A stretch of DNA of 64,000 nucleotides from the NCBI GenBank assembly GCA_002269645.1, contig NIVC01001035.1, positions 186,001 through 250,000 on the forward strand, in the 5' to 3' direction. Source of the stretch: Macrostomum lignano. Taxonomy: Eukaryota. The notes under the pieces were generated by a model. The model was given only the letters and a program-made list of their open reading frames with translations, made no database searches and had not been told where the DNA came from. Positions 40,311-54,074 of this stretch are shown here, piece by piece. The first letter of the stretch is position 1. Each line of letters starts with the position of its first letter. A program made the translations under genes and the position numbers.

Positions 40311-41838
40311 ATGTGCGTGAGGCTCAAGACCGGATTCACCGATTTCAAGCCGCAAAGAATTCGCAATGCGATTCGAGCCACAGTTCCCGGAGGCGCCGTC
40401 AGCTTCAACAGGATCGGCTTCCACCACTTCGCCATCTTCCTGGGCTGGGCCCGGCCCAAAGGCGACGACTCGGAGCCGATCCCACTGCTGTGCCACCTCT
40501 CCGGGGACGCCACCAGTCATCCGACATCGGTTCGACTGGAAGACTTCAGAGACATCGTGCAGAATAGCATCATCCGAGTCTATAGGTGCTACTGCAGCGC
40601 TAGCAGGAGATCCCAGGTGATACTGGAGTGCCTCTATCGAGTTGGCACCATCGGATTCAACCCCGTCACTAACAACTGCGAGCACTTCGTTCGGCAGGTG
40701 ATTTGCGGTGAGAAAGTCAGCCACCAGACCAATCTGACGCTGGCTGTGCCGCTGCTCCGCCTGCCCCGGCTCATCGTCGGCAGCTCGATGGTGGGCGCGG
40801 CGGCGTTGTCGGAGTCGTTCAGCTGCGCCGGGAAATTAGAGGACAGCAGGTAAATGTGCTCACCCCCTGTTTATGAATAGAGTCCTCGACATTTTACTGC
40901 CACGAATTGACTGCCGACGCTAACCCTATCCTAAATCCTAATCCAAAGCCAAACCTAAACCCTAGTCTAAACCCTAACCTAAACCCTAGCCTAAACCTTA
41001 ACCTAAGCCTTAACCGAAACCCTAACCTAAAGCCTAATCTAAACCATAACCTAAGCCTCAACCTAAACCCTAACCTAAACCCTAACCTAAGCCTCAACCT
41101 AAACCCTAAGCTAAACTCTAACCTAAGCCTCGACATAAACCCTAAACTAAAGTCTAATCTAAAACTTAACCTAAGCCTTAACCTAAATCCTAACCTAAAG
41201 CCTAATCTAAGCCATAACCTTATAGCCCTAACCTAAACCCTAACCTAAACCTTAACCCTATATCGTCGGCAGTCAAACGCCAGGCTCCCGATTGTAAAAA
41301 AACTGGGAACTAATTCCATGCATAATGTTAAATAGCATGAGCCTTTAATGTGAGTGCATCTTTCAAGCAATAAAATATTTTGGTCATAGTATCGAAATTG
41401 AAGCCAGTTAAAAATTACAGGTAAAGTCAAAACCTAATAAGCAATCATTAAAATGGTTTCCATTCCAGATCTCTGGGTGTGCTCAATCCCGACATGGATT
41501 TGATTGAGATCACCCTGTCAAATCGAGGTCTGAATTTGACCAGCATCAAGCTAAACGCCAGCTGCACAAGAGATTTCGAAGGCTGCAGCCGCTTTTGCAA
41601 GCAGACTCTGTACAGTTGCAACACCTGCGCAGGTGCTGCAGTTTGCAAGACGTGCCAGAAGTTCTGTCACAAGGACTGCCAGCTCACAGCGGGCAAGGTG
41701 CAGGACGGTCAGTGCCACTGCACCCACAGCAAGAGAAAAGAGGCGACTCAGTTGCACCCAAAAATGATTTCAGAAATCAAGTCTCAAAGAGAAATTGAAA
41801 TGGTCTTGAATGATTCATTCAGAATTACAGTTGGCTAA
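40311..41838 (+). CDS. Gene F: LRAT plus UBR-box-like finger; exons 40311-40849 and 41469-41838
   Basis: FHHFAIFLG, LCH, NNCEHF. Phase-2 intron. Exon 2 starts SLGVLNPDMDL and continues CNTC..CKTC..CH..CHC. Confidence 0.85.
40907..41276. mobile_element. Inverted-repeat-bounded element filled with degenerate (CCTAAA/CCCTAA)n
   Basis: Perfect 13-bp inverted repeats TTGACTGCCGACG (40907-40919) and CGTCGGCAGTCAA (41264-41276) flank telomere-like hexamers. Confidence 0.7.
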
Positions 41839-43479
41839 TGTTTTTAGGCAGCAACGTTTTTTACAAGCAATTGGCTGTTACAGTATTGGTTGGTGCTTTC
41901 GCAGTTTTTGTCGAGAAGAGAGATTAAATATTTAATATGCTTTGGTCAGTGAGCGTGAAAGCACCGTCAAGAGCTACTTAAATATAGCTCTTATAGATTT
42001 TTTGTGTTCCACATGGACTGCTTTCTCTGTATTGATTCTCCATTGCTTCGTTCATAGTTATATATAATTACATTTGAATAGAAATCGAAAATAAACCCTA
42101 TTATTCAGTAGATTCATATCAGACAAGTTGAGACTTTCACGCGTTCTAAACAATGGAAAGATAGTGCTGCACAGCTTGAGGGTGCAATAATGCCTCTCAG
42201 GACTAGACCACGAGTGCCTATGGATAAAGTTGTCCACTAGTGGTCTAAGCATTATTGCACTCTCAAGACGTGCATCTGTCACATTGCGACTGGCAACATA
42301 GCCAAGTGAGGAGAAGACGTCAAATTTACCATAGACAAAGATCTAGCAAGTACTTTTATTTAAAGTACTTTAACGTCTATGGTGAAAACCATGATTAACT
42401 GCATTCACTTGTTGTCTATACTAGCCTATCACCAATGAAGACAACCAAAGTAATTTGAAATTTGATTTGATTGGACGATTAAGAGACTGGAGCGCAGAGC
42501 GATTTGATTGGTCACTTGGGCAGAGAGTATGATGTACCGGTACATTGATTACGCGTGACGAGGAACAGTTGAATTGACAATCAGATAAGATTTTCATTTT
42601 TAGTATATGGATAATAGGCGAGTCTATACTCATAAATGTTTAATTAGCCGTTTTGACTCATCACTGTGTCTGGATAAAAAAGTTCTTTATAATGTCTACA
42701 ATAGTATATGTTGATACTACACTATTAATATAATAACACCGGTAAAGTAATCTTAAAAAGTCAACAATAAACAAATAAGTAAATTAGTATTGTTTAATAA
42801 TATTACTACTAACCATAGCAATAAACTGACTACAGTGACTAGTATATAATTAAAATCAATTCTGATGCGACTGATTGGTTATCATTCCTTTATTTCATTT
42901 CCTGTAGTCCTGTGTAGCCCAATACTAAACAAAATTTATTTTTTGAATCCGATGTTTTTGAGTACAGTATATTTAACAACCATATTAACACTGTTAAGTG
43001 TAATTAACAACAAATATTTTGGATAGAATGTATAAAAATTATGTATCTAGTTACATATTAGCAATGCATCACATGTAGCCAACGCAATTTCATAGTCAAA
43101 TAGGTTTTAATTGAATAGCAGGTCTTGACGTCTTCATGCGATTCTGCGTCGAAGTTTCTTCTCCTTCTTCTCGATATTTTTAGCGGCATGAGCCCGTGCG
43201 GCCTGTGGTGAATATAAACACTGCTTGCCAAGCCCTGTGTCCAGCGCAGTACGTGTTCGAGCAAAGAACAACTAGATCAAAACGATATGCCAGTCTGCAA
43301 ATGCTTGACAAAGCTTGTAACCTCGATTCTCTAGCCAAAAAAATGTAGATAAATATGACTCAGGCAACATTGCAAAATGGAGCTGTAATTACTTAAAGCT
43401 GGAAGAAAGCTCGATTCTGTGGCAGATTTGATTAAAAATTGAATTTTTTGGTATAATAAGACCGGCCGGATTCGAACCA

Positions 43480-44833
43480 ATGTGCGTTGGATTTCTAAAC
43501 GGCTACAAAGACTTCAAGCCGAAGCTGCTCAACGAGGCGATCGCCGCCGCAGTTCCCGGGTTCGCGGTCAGCTTCGACAGGATCGGCTTCTTTCACTTCG
43601 CCGTCTTCCTGGGCTGGGCCTGGCCCAAGGGCGGCGACTCGGAGCCCATCCCGCTGCTGTGCCACCTCTCCGGAGACGCCAGCACGAAGCCGATGGCGTC
43701 TGTTCGACTTGACGACTTCAGAGACATCGTCCAGAGCTGCACCATCCGAGTGTACAACTGCAAATTCAGCGCGAAAAAGAGATCCCAGGTGATACTGGAG
43801 TGTCTCTATCGAGTTGGCAAGATCGGTTACAACCCGCTGACCAACAACTGCGAGCACTTCGTCCGGGGAGTGATCTGCGGCGAGCGCGTCAGCTACCAGA
43901 CCCGCTGGATTCTGGCTGCCCCGATAGTGCAAGTGCCGCGCATCGTCGTCAGCACTGCGTTTCTGGGGGCCGCCACCTCCGCTGCTTCGTCCAGCTGCAT
44001 ATCGAAACTCGAGACTAAAAGGTGAGGGATCAAGGTTCTTTTACAGAATCACTACTAAATTTTTACTCTTCAATGGATTGCCTTTTATCAACCTCAAAAT
44101 TGAAACTGAACTTCACAAAGTTCGAAATTTTACATCGTCAACTTTTTTCAAGTTGTGAACTAGCGGAAGTGGCTGGAGTAGTGATTTCGAGATTGCGAAA
44201 GATTCTGCTTTTATGAGACGATGTGCAATCCACAAAAGTCATGGAGTTCAAATCATGGGGACCAAATAATGTTAGCTAAAGTATGCAGCTCTATCTTGGA
44301 CTTGATGACATTTGGATTCCAAACCCAAGTAGGTCACATGTTCGGAAGTGAAAAGATCTCTGAATATTTGAGTGTATTCGCCAGCTGTTATAATGTGCTT
44401 GTTAAGTGCGAGTTAGATCAGTACGTTTACATGAAAACCATTGCTATTCCGCACGAATATCTCATCAAGAAAGCAACTTGCAATCTTCATCAGGTCCCTA
44501 GGTCTTCTAAATCCAGAGATGGACCTGGTTGAAATCCTCGTATCAAACAAGGGCCTGAATTTGAAAGGCATCAGACTGAATGCCAGCTGCACAAAGGATT
44601 TTGATGGCTCCAATCGATTTCCGATGCAGACGCTTTACAACTGTGAGTTCTGCAACGGCAGCAACTCAATCGCTGTGTGCAAGCCCTGCTCGAAACTCTG
44701 CCATCCAACTTGTGGATCGCTAGAAGGCTCCGTGACCGAAGGTTCATGTCGTTGCAGCCACCTGTCCATCTCAAAAGCGGCAACACAAACGACTCAACAG
44801 ACTTTGAAGAGTTCAGGCACTTACACCCCATAA
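43480..44833 (+). CDS. Gene G: LRAT plus UBR-box-like finger; exons 43480-44021 and 44494-44833
   Basis: FFHFAVFLG, LCH, NNCEHF. GTGAG...TCAG phase-2 intron. Exon 2 starts SLGLLNPEMDL and continues CEFC..CKPC..CH..CRC. Confidence 0.87.
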
Positions 44834-46150
44834 TATGCATGGGGACTGTAGTTTTAGCCAACAACAGTTCATTTGTTTGAGGTCAACTTAAGAGCAGAAG
44901 TGTGCAATTGTAAAGAGAAACATTCAATAAGACCCGTTGCGTTTTATGCGTGTGAATGCATCTTTATAAATTAATTCTGTTATTATTTTAGCATATACTA
45001 TAGTAATACGATTCTCAATCTGTTTTATAGTGTAATTATTGTACAAAAGTTTCTTGTAAGCGTTTTTCAGCGTCGAAAAAATGAACTAGGAGTACAATCT
45101 CTCTCTTAGTGTTGCCACGCGACTTGTACACTCTACATTATGTAGCTTTGTAACGCTTTTCAATATAAAAGCGCAAAAATATAAAGTACAAGCCTTACAA
45201 TTTTAACATTACTTAAAAGTCACATTGCAAGTAACGAAAATCACTTTTTGCGCGAATCAAGTGCAATGGGTGTTACAATATTGGGCCATACATGTGTGTA
45301 TCAGTCAAGTTGAAACTGCAGTCTTATTCATGGCTCAACGGCTCCGTCGCTTTATTTCTTTTGCCGAAAAAAGTTTAAACAATCTTTTGATATTTTGGAA
45401 TCTTAGGCGACTATGGATCTGCCCGGCATACGAAACGATCTTTTTGCAGTGGTTCTTGCAAGGCGAAACTATAGGGCCAGGGAATGTATTGTACAATTAA
45501 ATTATCATATTTCTATATACAAGTACTTAAACTGATTCAGAGCGAACAACAAGCTACTCTTAGTAGTAGCAGTAGTAGCATTTTGAGCGCACATGCAATG
45601 CAAGCGAGCAAAGTACAATGCTCGACTAAACTACTAAAAACGGGGCCAGATAAGGAGTACTCTCTTCCAGCTAAGCAGGACACGAACCATCAAGACAGGT
45701 CTTGACGTAGAAAAAGTTGTTTTAGGAAGGTCTCCGGGATTCGTTCTCAATGAGAACTGAACAGTTGAGTTCCGATCAGAAGAATCTGCGTTTTATGTCA
45801 ATTCTGATTGGCTGAGCCGATTTGTTAAAACACACGTATAACTTTTCGATTGGCTGAAAGCCAGCATGAAAATACAAGCTCATACATGTAATATATTATT
45901 GAGATAAAAGGGAGAGTGTAATGGGATAATCCGCGAAAAAAGGAATAAAACAAATATATTTTAGAGGAAAAGATTTAAAGCATGTAAAATTGATTCTATT
46001 CGAAATAAATCTGGTTTCTGTCGTTATTTTTACTGATTGTTGCGTAACTAAGTGCATCTATACTATCGGCAACGTATTTCATTGAACTGATATTTAATCA
46101 TTATCTTCCACAAACCGTTAAATATATAGTTGTCTTTCAGATTAAAATAC

Positions 46151-47159
46151 CTAACGTTTCTTCCTCCTCTTGAAACGGCGAATCTCCAATTCACACAAAG
46201 CGTCAATAGAAGGATCATTGAATAGACCAAGAGCAGCAGCAGGCAGCTCAGGCTCATCGATCAGTTCAGCCGGTTCTTCGCTCTCCTGCCGGCCGTGACT
46301 GCATCGACACACGTCCGAAATGACGTAACTCACACAGTTGGTTAGGGAGCCCCCGTGGCACCCTTCCCTACAGGGCCTGCAGACTACTTGATTCGAACTG
46401 CTGTGGTAAAGTTCCTGCACAAAGCGAGCGTCCTTGCACGCAAAAAAGTCAGCAGTACATTTGGCGTATTTCTGAACAGTTGCACTGAGCCCGTTATTGT
46501 CAACCATGATCTCCAGCAGGTCCATCAGAGGATCGAACAGGCCGTACGAACTTCGATTTGAAAATATGTTTTTAAGTGTCCAGAAGGATAACATTAGGAA
46601 AATTTATTTTAATTTTGACTCACCCATTCGTTAAGCTAATTTTGCAGCACTTCATTGCAAGGGCCGACGAAGATGAGCTCCAGAAGACAGTACCGAGAGG
46701 GAGTCTTGGAATCTGTAGTACAGCAAGGCGAGCTTGGTAGCTCTTCTTTTCTCCTTTTCCATTGATAACCTCGCGAACAAAATGTTCGCAGTTATTCTTC
46801 ATTAGATTGTAGTTGGTCTCTCCGACTCGTTTTAGGCAGTCCAGCACTACTCGAGCTCGCTTCTCGGCGCTACACTTGCAGTGGAAAACTCGAATGGGAG
46901 AAAGTCCGACAACGTCGCGGAAGTCATCGATTCGAACGGAAACTCTTGCATTCGAAGCAACTTCGCCCGAGAAGTGACACAGGAGAGGCACCGGGTCCGA
47001 TTGCCCACCTCTGGGGAAGGCCCAACCTAGGAAGATGGCGAAGTGGCCAAGAGCGACTCGATTAAAGCTGATGGCGGAGCCTGGGACCATGGCTTTCAGA
47101 GCGTCATCGGCCCGCGATGCTGAAAAATCGTCGTAGCCATTTGTAAAACCGACACACAT
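46151..47159 (-). CDS. Gene H: LRAT plus degenerate UBR-box-like finger; exons 47159-46624 and 46550-46151
   Basis: GHFAIFLG, LCH, NNCEHF. 73-bp phase-2 intron. The finger lacks the first CxxC (YHSSSN). Confidence 0.82.
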
Positions 47160-47688
47160 TTTTCTAAACTTTTGTGTGAAATACACTTGATGGCGTGAAA
47201 ACAAACAGCCTTACTACACTAATACAATAGAGATATAATAGAGAGAAATATGGAACCAAAGACTTGAAGGTATTTCCATGGAATTTCCTTTAGTTTTATC
47301 TTCTATATCTTTCAAAAACATCAGACTCGCCTTTCACCACCGTACAATGGTATAGAAAGGTATTTTACTTTTAAAGCCACAGGTAGCATAAAAGCGTACT
47401 CGCTGTACAAAAGGACGCAAACAAATTCGCAAGTGCGTCCAAGGTCTTTCACGCGTCACTTTAGTTCTGTACAATCTGCGTATGACCAACTCAGCATGTA
47501 GGTTGTTGCGCTTCAGTCGAATTTCAGTCGAAAAAGCAAGTAGATTGCAGATTGGCTTGCACAAACAATGAACTTGGCGTAGTGCTCTAGAAAAAAAACT
47601 GCAGCAGAGCGTACTAGATAGTTTATCAGCCAACAAACTGTCTCGGCTGTCCAAAAAGGATCTTGTTTACCACATTTCACCTCAAGTC

Positions 47689-48671
47689 ATGTGTGTCGGC
47701 TTTACAAACGGCTACTCGGACTTTGCGTCGGACAGAGTCGAAGAAGCGATCGTTGCCGCCGTGCCCGGGTCCGCGGTCAGCTTCAACAGGATCGGCTTCT
47801 TTCACTTCGCCGTTTTCCTAGGCTGGGCCTGGCCCAAGGGCGACGACTCGGAGCCCATTCCGCTGCTGTGCCACCTATCCGGAGACGCCAGCACAAAGCC
47901 GATGGCGTCTGTTCGACTTGACGACTTCAGAGACATCGTCCAGAGCTGCACCATCCGGGTGTACAACTGCAAATGCAGCGCGAGCAAGAGATCTCAGGTG
48001 ATCCTCAATTGCCTCTATCTAGTTGGCAAGGCTGGCTACAATCCGCTGACCAACAACTGCGAGCACTTTGTGAGAGAAGTGATTTGCGGTCAGAGCACCA
48101 GCTATCAGGCCGTTTGGACTCTTGCAGCTCCGTTAGTTCAGCTGCCGCGAATTCTTCTGGGTAGCGCTGTAGTCGGGGCCGCCACTTCGTCTGCTTCATC
48201 GAACTGCGCATCCAAATTTGAGGAGAATCGGTAAATGTTTAGAAATTCTTTACTTTTTCTGCATCCTGATGCATGGTTATTCATTGCCTGCTTTCCCATT
48301 TCAGATCACTGGGACTTCTTAATCCGGAAAGAGATCTAATAGAGATTATATTGTCAAAAAAGCATGGTTTACATTTACAAGGCGTCAAGTTGAATTCTGT
48401 CTGCACAAGGGAATTCGGAGGCTTAAGCACCTTTCCAATGCAGTTTCTCTACACTTGCAGAAGCTGCAGCGGCAGTGAAAAGATGGCGGTGTGCCGGCCA
48501 TGTCAGAAGCTTTGCCATGCAAAATGCATTTTTCGAACTGGAATTGTGTCTGAGAATGTGTGCCGGTGCTCTCACGCCATGAAATCAGAGGCAGTGCAGC
48601 TGCCTCTGCAACTGGATCTTCAAGAAGAATCTACTTCATCAGTCGAAGGCAACGAGGGTGGATCTTGTTAG
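47689..48671 (+). CDS. Gene I: LRAT plus UBR-box-like finger; exons 47689-48230 and 48305-48671
   Basis: Intact His/His/NC motifs. 74-bp phase-2 intron. Finger CRSC..CRPC..CH..CRC. Transcribed divergently from gene H. Confidence 0.87.
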
Positions 48672-48770
48672 CCCTTTATTTTACAAAAGCACATATGGTT
48701 TTAAGCATTTTTCTACATTGGACTACATTATGTTTCCTTAATGTTTCTGTTTATCAGTGAGAAAGATTCT

Positions 48771-48892
48771 GGGCCCGTTCTATGAAGCCATCGTAAGATA
48801 AGATCGTTCTTAGCTCCTACATGTATCTCCGCAGTGAAAAAGTTCCGACTTACGATCGAACCTACGCTACGACAGCTTTATAGTACGACCCC
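48771..48892. mobile_element. Small MITE (Harbinger-like termini); duplicate at 56639-56760
   Basis: Imperfect TIRs GGGCCCGTTCTATGAAGC and GCTTTATAGTACGACCC. Confidence 0.5.
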
Positions 48893-49739
48893 ATTATTCT
48901 TAAGCTATGAATCTTTTTAACTGATATTTTAGTAACAATCCCAGGCTTCATAATGCTTTCAGTTTTCTGTACAGCTTTTATTATTGTTAAAGACAATTAA
49001 GACGTTTTCGATGGTTTTGAAGCAAATCTTTTTAACTAACCACTTACACGTGCTTTTTACGGCACTTTCTGGGTGTATGTGACAGAGTAAACTACACAGC
49101 CACAAGTCTACTGAGATGGTAAAGAAATTGAGTTGCGGTCCAAAATTATACTGCCACTAGTAGATTGTAGTGTTGCAAAATTAATCGACCAATTCAAAGC
49201 CCCAAGTATACTAGTACGAGTAGTTTGTTTTCGTGTTGTGCACGCAGCTATTCGAAAAAGAAATGCGAAAAGCTTATTTAACTTTAGTATGCAAAAGCGA
49301 GTATTAATAAAACTAACCCGCTGTCCATTAAAGTTCTGAAATGAGAATTAGTAATTAAGGTAGCAATACTACAGAGTAACTATACGAGTCGTAGACATAA
49401 CTCATATTATAATACGCTCGTATTGCGTTGTCCATGCAGTCGTCCTCGCAAGTTTGAGGACTTCTCATATGCGCACGCAAGTACGGAGTTACAGGGAAGA
49501 TAAAGAGGGGAGCTTTTTAACTGTGTGGCAGTCAGGTTACATTCTGCATTCAATGTAAGTTTTTGCTTCCAATGCTTCTAAGAATAAGGAACTTCATTCT
49601 TCTATTGTTTCTGGCGTTATGTAGCTACTCGTACCAGTAAGTAGAATATTACGTATATCGTGACGGGTATCGTGCTAGCAAGCATCTAGGAGCGTAATGC
49701 AGAGCCCGTATTTCTGATCACCACCGACAAAGAAGACAA

Positions 49740-51323
49740 GAGAGACTGATGGCTACTCCAACCAGAGGGATTTTCTAGCTTCCATCGACTGCAGCGCATC
49801 TTTGCTTGGGTGTTGAGTTTCATTCAAAACTGTCAGAAGGAAAAGTATCAGCAAAGCAGCGGTGGTGGATGACCTCGAGGAGGTGAAGGAGCGTTTAGTA
49901 AGGTTTTTAGCTCAGGAAGAAGCGTTCAAGGCGGATGCAGTGACTGAGAAGAAGCTGCGGTGCTTGCAGTCGCTACGTGATGCGGCAGGAGTTCTACGAG
50001 TGGATGGCCGGTTGAAATTCAGGCCACTGGCGCCATTTGCAGCAAGACATCTGGCTATATTGCCGCGAAAGAATTGGATCACCAAGCTGATTATTTCACA
50101 ATATCACGAGCAGCAGAGCCACGGTGGGATAAACCAAACGCTGGCGGCGTTTTCAGCCAATTATCTGTGCTCGGGAAGCTATTCGCGAGTGGGAGGTCGA
50201 ATGTGCTGTGTGCAAGAGAGAGAAAGCTCGTCCCGTCGCGCAACAGATGGCTCCATTGCCTGATGTCCGCGTCGAAGGCTCCTTAAAAGCCTTCACAAAC
50301 GTAGCCATCGACATGGGAGGGCCGTTCGTCACTATTCAAGGCCGATTCAAGAAGAGGCAAAAATTCTATTTGGCGCTGTTCACATGCCTCGAGACACGAG
50401 CGGTACACCTCGAAATGACCTATTGCCTTGACGCGGACTCATTTTTGAATGACTTCTACCGAAATGTGAACCGGCGTGGCTTACCCAAGGCTATGTATTC
50501 TGACAACGGCGACAACTTTGCCACAGGTGCAGATGAGCTCCGACTTCTGGAGGAGCTGGACAGGACCAATGTCAGTCGCGAGACATCCAGGCAGCGAGGC
50601 AGCGAGTCAAGTGGAACTTTTAGCCGCCAGCTGCCCCACACTTTGGTGGAGCGCACGAGGTGATGATTATGGGTGACGCCGATGTCACCGATGAGGAGCT
50701 TCAGTCGGCGAGCACCGGAGCGGAGGCGCTGATCAACTGGCGCCCCATCACCTACCAATCGACGAATTCGAGAGACGAGGAGCCACTATTGCCAAATCAT
50801 TTCCTGCACGGTCAGGCTGATGGAAAATTTGCGCCAGATGTGTCCGACGATGTCGCGGCTGATCCGAGGCGGTAGTGGCGGCGCGTTCAAGAACTCGTGA
50901 GGCACGTCTGGCGACGCTGGATGCACGAGTGGTGGCCAGGGTTGCAACCGAGGGTCAAGTGGGCGGCGGTCGCTTTCATAAGACCAAAATTTCGCAACGC
51001 CAAAAACAACTGCATGGTCTTTCACAAGACCGAAACCTCATAAGACCGAAATTTCACATCGTAAAAAACTTAATGCAACAAGGACCATGCAGAATTTTCC
51101 GCGTTGTGAAATTTCGGTCTTATGAAGCCCCCCCCCCGTGGCGAGATGTGCAGCCAGGTGGTGTCGTCCTCGTCATCAAAGCAGACTCGCCGCGGGGACA
51201 CTGCCCGTTGGGACGAGTAGTCGAGGTCTACCCGGGTCCAGACAACCGAGCTCGGGTGGCCAGGGTCAGGTCGGGGGAACGGTATTCGTTCGATCTGTGA
51301 GCAAGCTGTGTTACCTCGAGTGA
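49740..51323 (+). pseudogene. Decayed BEL/Pao LTR-retrotransposon integrase region
   Basis: Frameshifted fragments QQMAPLP, FTCLETRAVHLE, YSDNGDNF, LPNHFLHG and the BEL C-terminal DUF5641-type PLGRVVEVYPGPD. Confidence 0.9.
50963..51137. mobile_element. MITE inserted in the BEL/Pao relic
   Basis: TIRs CTTTCATAAGACCAAAATTTCGCAACGC and GCGTTGTGAAATTTCGGTCTTATGAAG. GTGG is duplicated at 50959-50962 and 51138-51141. Removal restores RVKW-RDVQ. Confidence 0.8.
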
Positions 51324-51615
51324 GATGCGTTGATTATTGTTTAAGACTGTTAATTTTCTTTTCTGGACTTTTCTGATTTGGTTGAGTTTTCATTTTTGTG
51401 TTGTATCGTGTACCTCCAGAATGTGTTTTTGGCCAGTTTTGGGCTTTTTAAGCCGGGTTGTTTGTTTGATTATTGGTTTGTTTCTTTGTTTTTTGGTTTC
51501 TGGTTACCGATTTTGAAACTGGTTCTAAGTTTTTTTTTCATTTTGAACGCAGTTGGTGCATTTTTTCTAATCTTCCCGCTGCGATTGTGATGTCATCTTT
51601 TAAAAACCAGGACTT

Positions 51616-52098
51616 GCCTGGGCGGCCTTCGGTTCGATTCGGGCCGTCGTCCAGTCCGAAGCGCTGCCCGACCACCAGAGGGCTCGGCTGTAGCAGGCTG
51701 TAGTCGAAACCGTCCTGCTCTACAACGCCGAGACGTGGACGCTGACGGCTACGCTGGAGCGGCAGCTGGCCTCGGCGTACTCAGGGCTGCTCCGTGCGGC
51801 CTTTCGAGCTGACGAGAGCGTCGGGACCGAGGCCCTGTACGATCGGGCCAAGCTGCAGCGCCCGTCCACTATCCTGTGCCGGGGGCGACTACAATTGGCG
51901 GGCCACGTGATCTGGGCCGAGGGCTTCTGCCCCCAACTAGTTCAGGACGTCCTGCTGCTCACTTTGCAGGGCCCGTTCAGGCGGGGTCAGGAGCGAACCC
52001 GTCGATACGTGGACTGCCTGCTGTGCGACGCTGGGGCGCCCGACACTGCCAACGGAGCGGACTTCGTTCGCTCCCAGGCTCTGCGGCGCGCCATCTGA
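51616..52098 (+). pseudogene. 3' fragment of an RTE-like LINE reverse transcriptase
   Basis: AWAAFGSI...VVETVLLYNAETWTLT...RLQLAGHV, with an internal stop. Confidence 0.85.
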
Positions 52099-53039
52099 CG
52101 CGCCCTGTTCTTTGACTTTACATTTTGTTGTTGTTTTTAAGACCAATAATTTCATGCGCAGGTGCGAGGGCGAAGTGTGTCTTCTTTTTTGCAATGTAAT
52201 TTTTTCTGCTCCTAGCTAGAGTTCAGGCCCCTCTGCAGCGGTTTTTTCAAATTTTCTGTTGAAGTTATGCTTGAGGTTTTCTTACGTAAGTCTACTCTTT
52301 CGACTTAATTTACAATTGCGAGTTTAAGATAATTTTTTTCAAATGTTTCTATATTTTTTGTAATGCTCAGCATTCGAACTTTTGTTTCAGTTTTCTATCT
52401 TTTTGTGACGGTACCCTTTGTTAGATGCACTTTCCTACAGTATATTGACAAGCCCAACCCCCAGCTCTGAGTTTTGTAAATCCGCTGTACCCATCCCCAT
52501 TTTACACATAAGTGCTAGGTAAGGGCGCAAAGTTGCGGTCTCTCGCTCCAGAAGAGAAGAGTTCGTGTGTGTGTTTTGCTTAGCTAATTCTGTCATTGGC
52601 CTGTAGCCGTAAAGACGATCTCTTATTATTGTGAAGACTCATTTTTTGTATGACTGGAGAAGAGCGTCAAATCACGGCCTCCCAATCCTGTCAGAGGAAT
52701 CCCCAGAAAGTGACAGGTGCGGCCATTAATCATCCGATTTCTATACAATTGATTTATGAGCCTAGCTCAGCATGACAAGTCCAGATTCAATATATAAATA
52801 TACATTATATCGGGGATAAATAGGAGAGTGAATAGGATAATCCGCGAAATAAATATGATTAAGAGAAATATACCGGTGTATTTAGGAGGTAAAGATGCAA
52901 GGCGTGTAACATTGATTTTATTTGCAATAAATCTGGTTGGATCTGTAAATATCTGTGGATTGTTGTGTAACTAAGTGCATCTAAACTATTGGCAACGCAT
53001 TTTGTACGACTGATATTTAATCATGATCTTCCACAACTG

Positions 53040-54074
53040 TTAAATGGTTGTCTTACAGCATACAGAGGAAGAACGTCTCCTTCTTCTCAAACTGAAAATT
53101 TCCACTTCCCACAAGGCGTCGATAGCCGGTGTATTGAATAGACCAGGAGGAGCAGAGGGCAACTCAGGCTCATCGATCAGTTCAACCGGTTCTTCGTTTT
53201 CCTGTCGGCCGTGACTGCACCGACACACGTCCGAAACGACGTAGCTGAGAGAGTTGGTTCGAGAGTTCCCGTAGCACTCTTTCCTACAGTGCCTGCAGAC
53301 TACTTGATTCGAACTGCTGTGGTAAAGTTCCTGCACAAACCGAGCGTCCTTGCGCGTAAAAAAGTCAGCAGTACATTTAGCATATTTTTTAGCAGTTGTT
53401 TTGAGCCCGTTATTGTCAACCATGACCTCCAGCAGGTCCATCAGGGGATCGATCAGGCCGTACGAACTGCGATTCGAAAAGGGTTCTAAAAGTGACCAGG
53501 AAGATAGCGTAAGGAAAAATTTTCTAATTAAGCCTCACCCATTCATTATGCCAAATTCGGAGCCCCTTGATGAAACAGCCGACGAAGATGAGCCCCAGAA
53601 GACAGTACTGAGAAGAAGTCTTGGAAACTGTGGCAGAGCAAGGCGAACTTGGTAGCTCTTCTTTTCTCCTTTTTCATTGATAACCTCGCGAACAAAATGT
53701 TCACAGTTATTTTTTATTAGATTGTAGTTGGTCTCTGCAACTCGTTCTAAGCACTCCAGCACTACTCGAGCTCGCTTCTCGGCGCTACACTTGCAGTGGA
53801 AAACTCGAATGGGAGAAAGTCCGACAACGTCGCAGAAGTCATTGATTCGGACGGAAACTTTTGGATTCGAAGCAGCTTCGCCGGAGAAGTGACACAGGAG
53901 AGGCACGGGGTCCGATTGCCCACCTCTGGGGAAGGCCCAACCTAGGAAGATGGCGAAGTGGCCAAGAGCGACTCGATTAAAGCTGATGGCGGAGCCTGGG
54001 ACCATGGCTTTCAGAGCGTCATCGGCCCGCGATGCTGAAAAATCGTCGTAGCCATTTGTAAAACCGACACACAT
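53040..54074 (-). CDS. Gene J: LRAT plus degenerate UBR-box-like finger (paralogue of H); exons 54074-53539 and 53466-53040
   Basis: First 66 aa are identical to gene H. NNCEHF intact. Canonical GTGAG...GCAG phase-2 intron. Confidence 0.85.

Noticed and set aside
40920-41262. True interstitial telomere or chromosome-fusion scar
   Set aside because: The units are degenerate, single-orientation and bounded by element-like inverted repeats.
52404-52714. Possible solo LTR (TGTGAC...GTGACA)
   Set aside because: Termini are not true inverted matches, and I found no TSD or second copy in the window.
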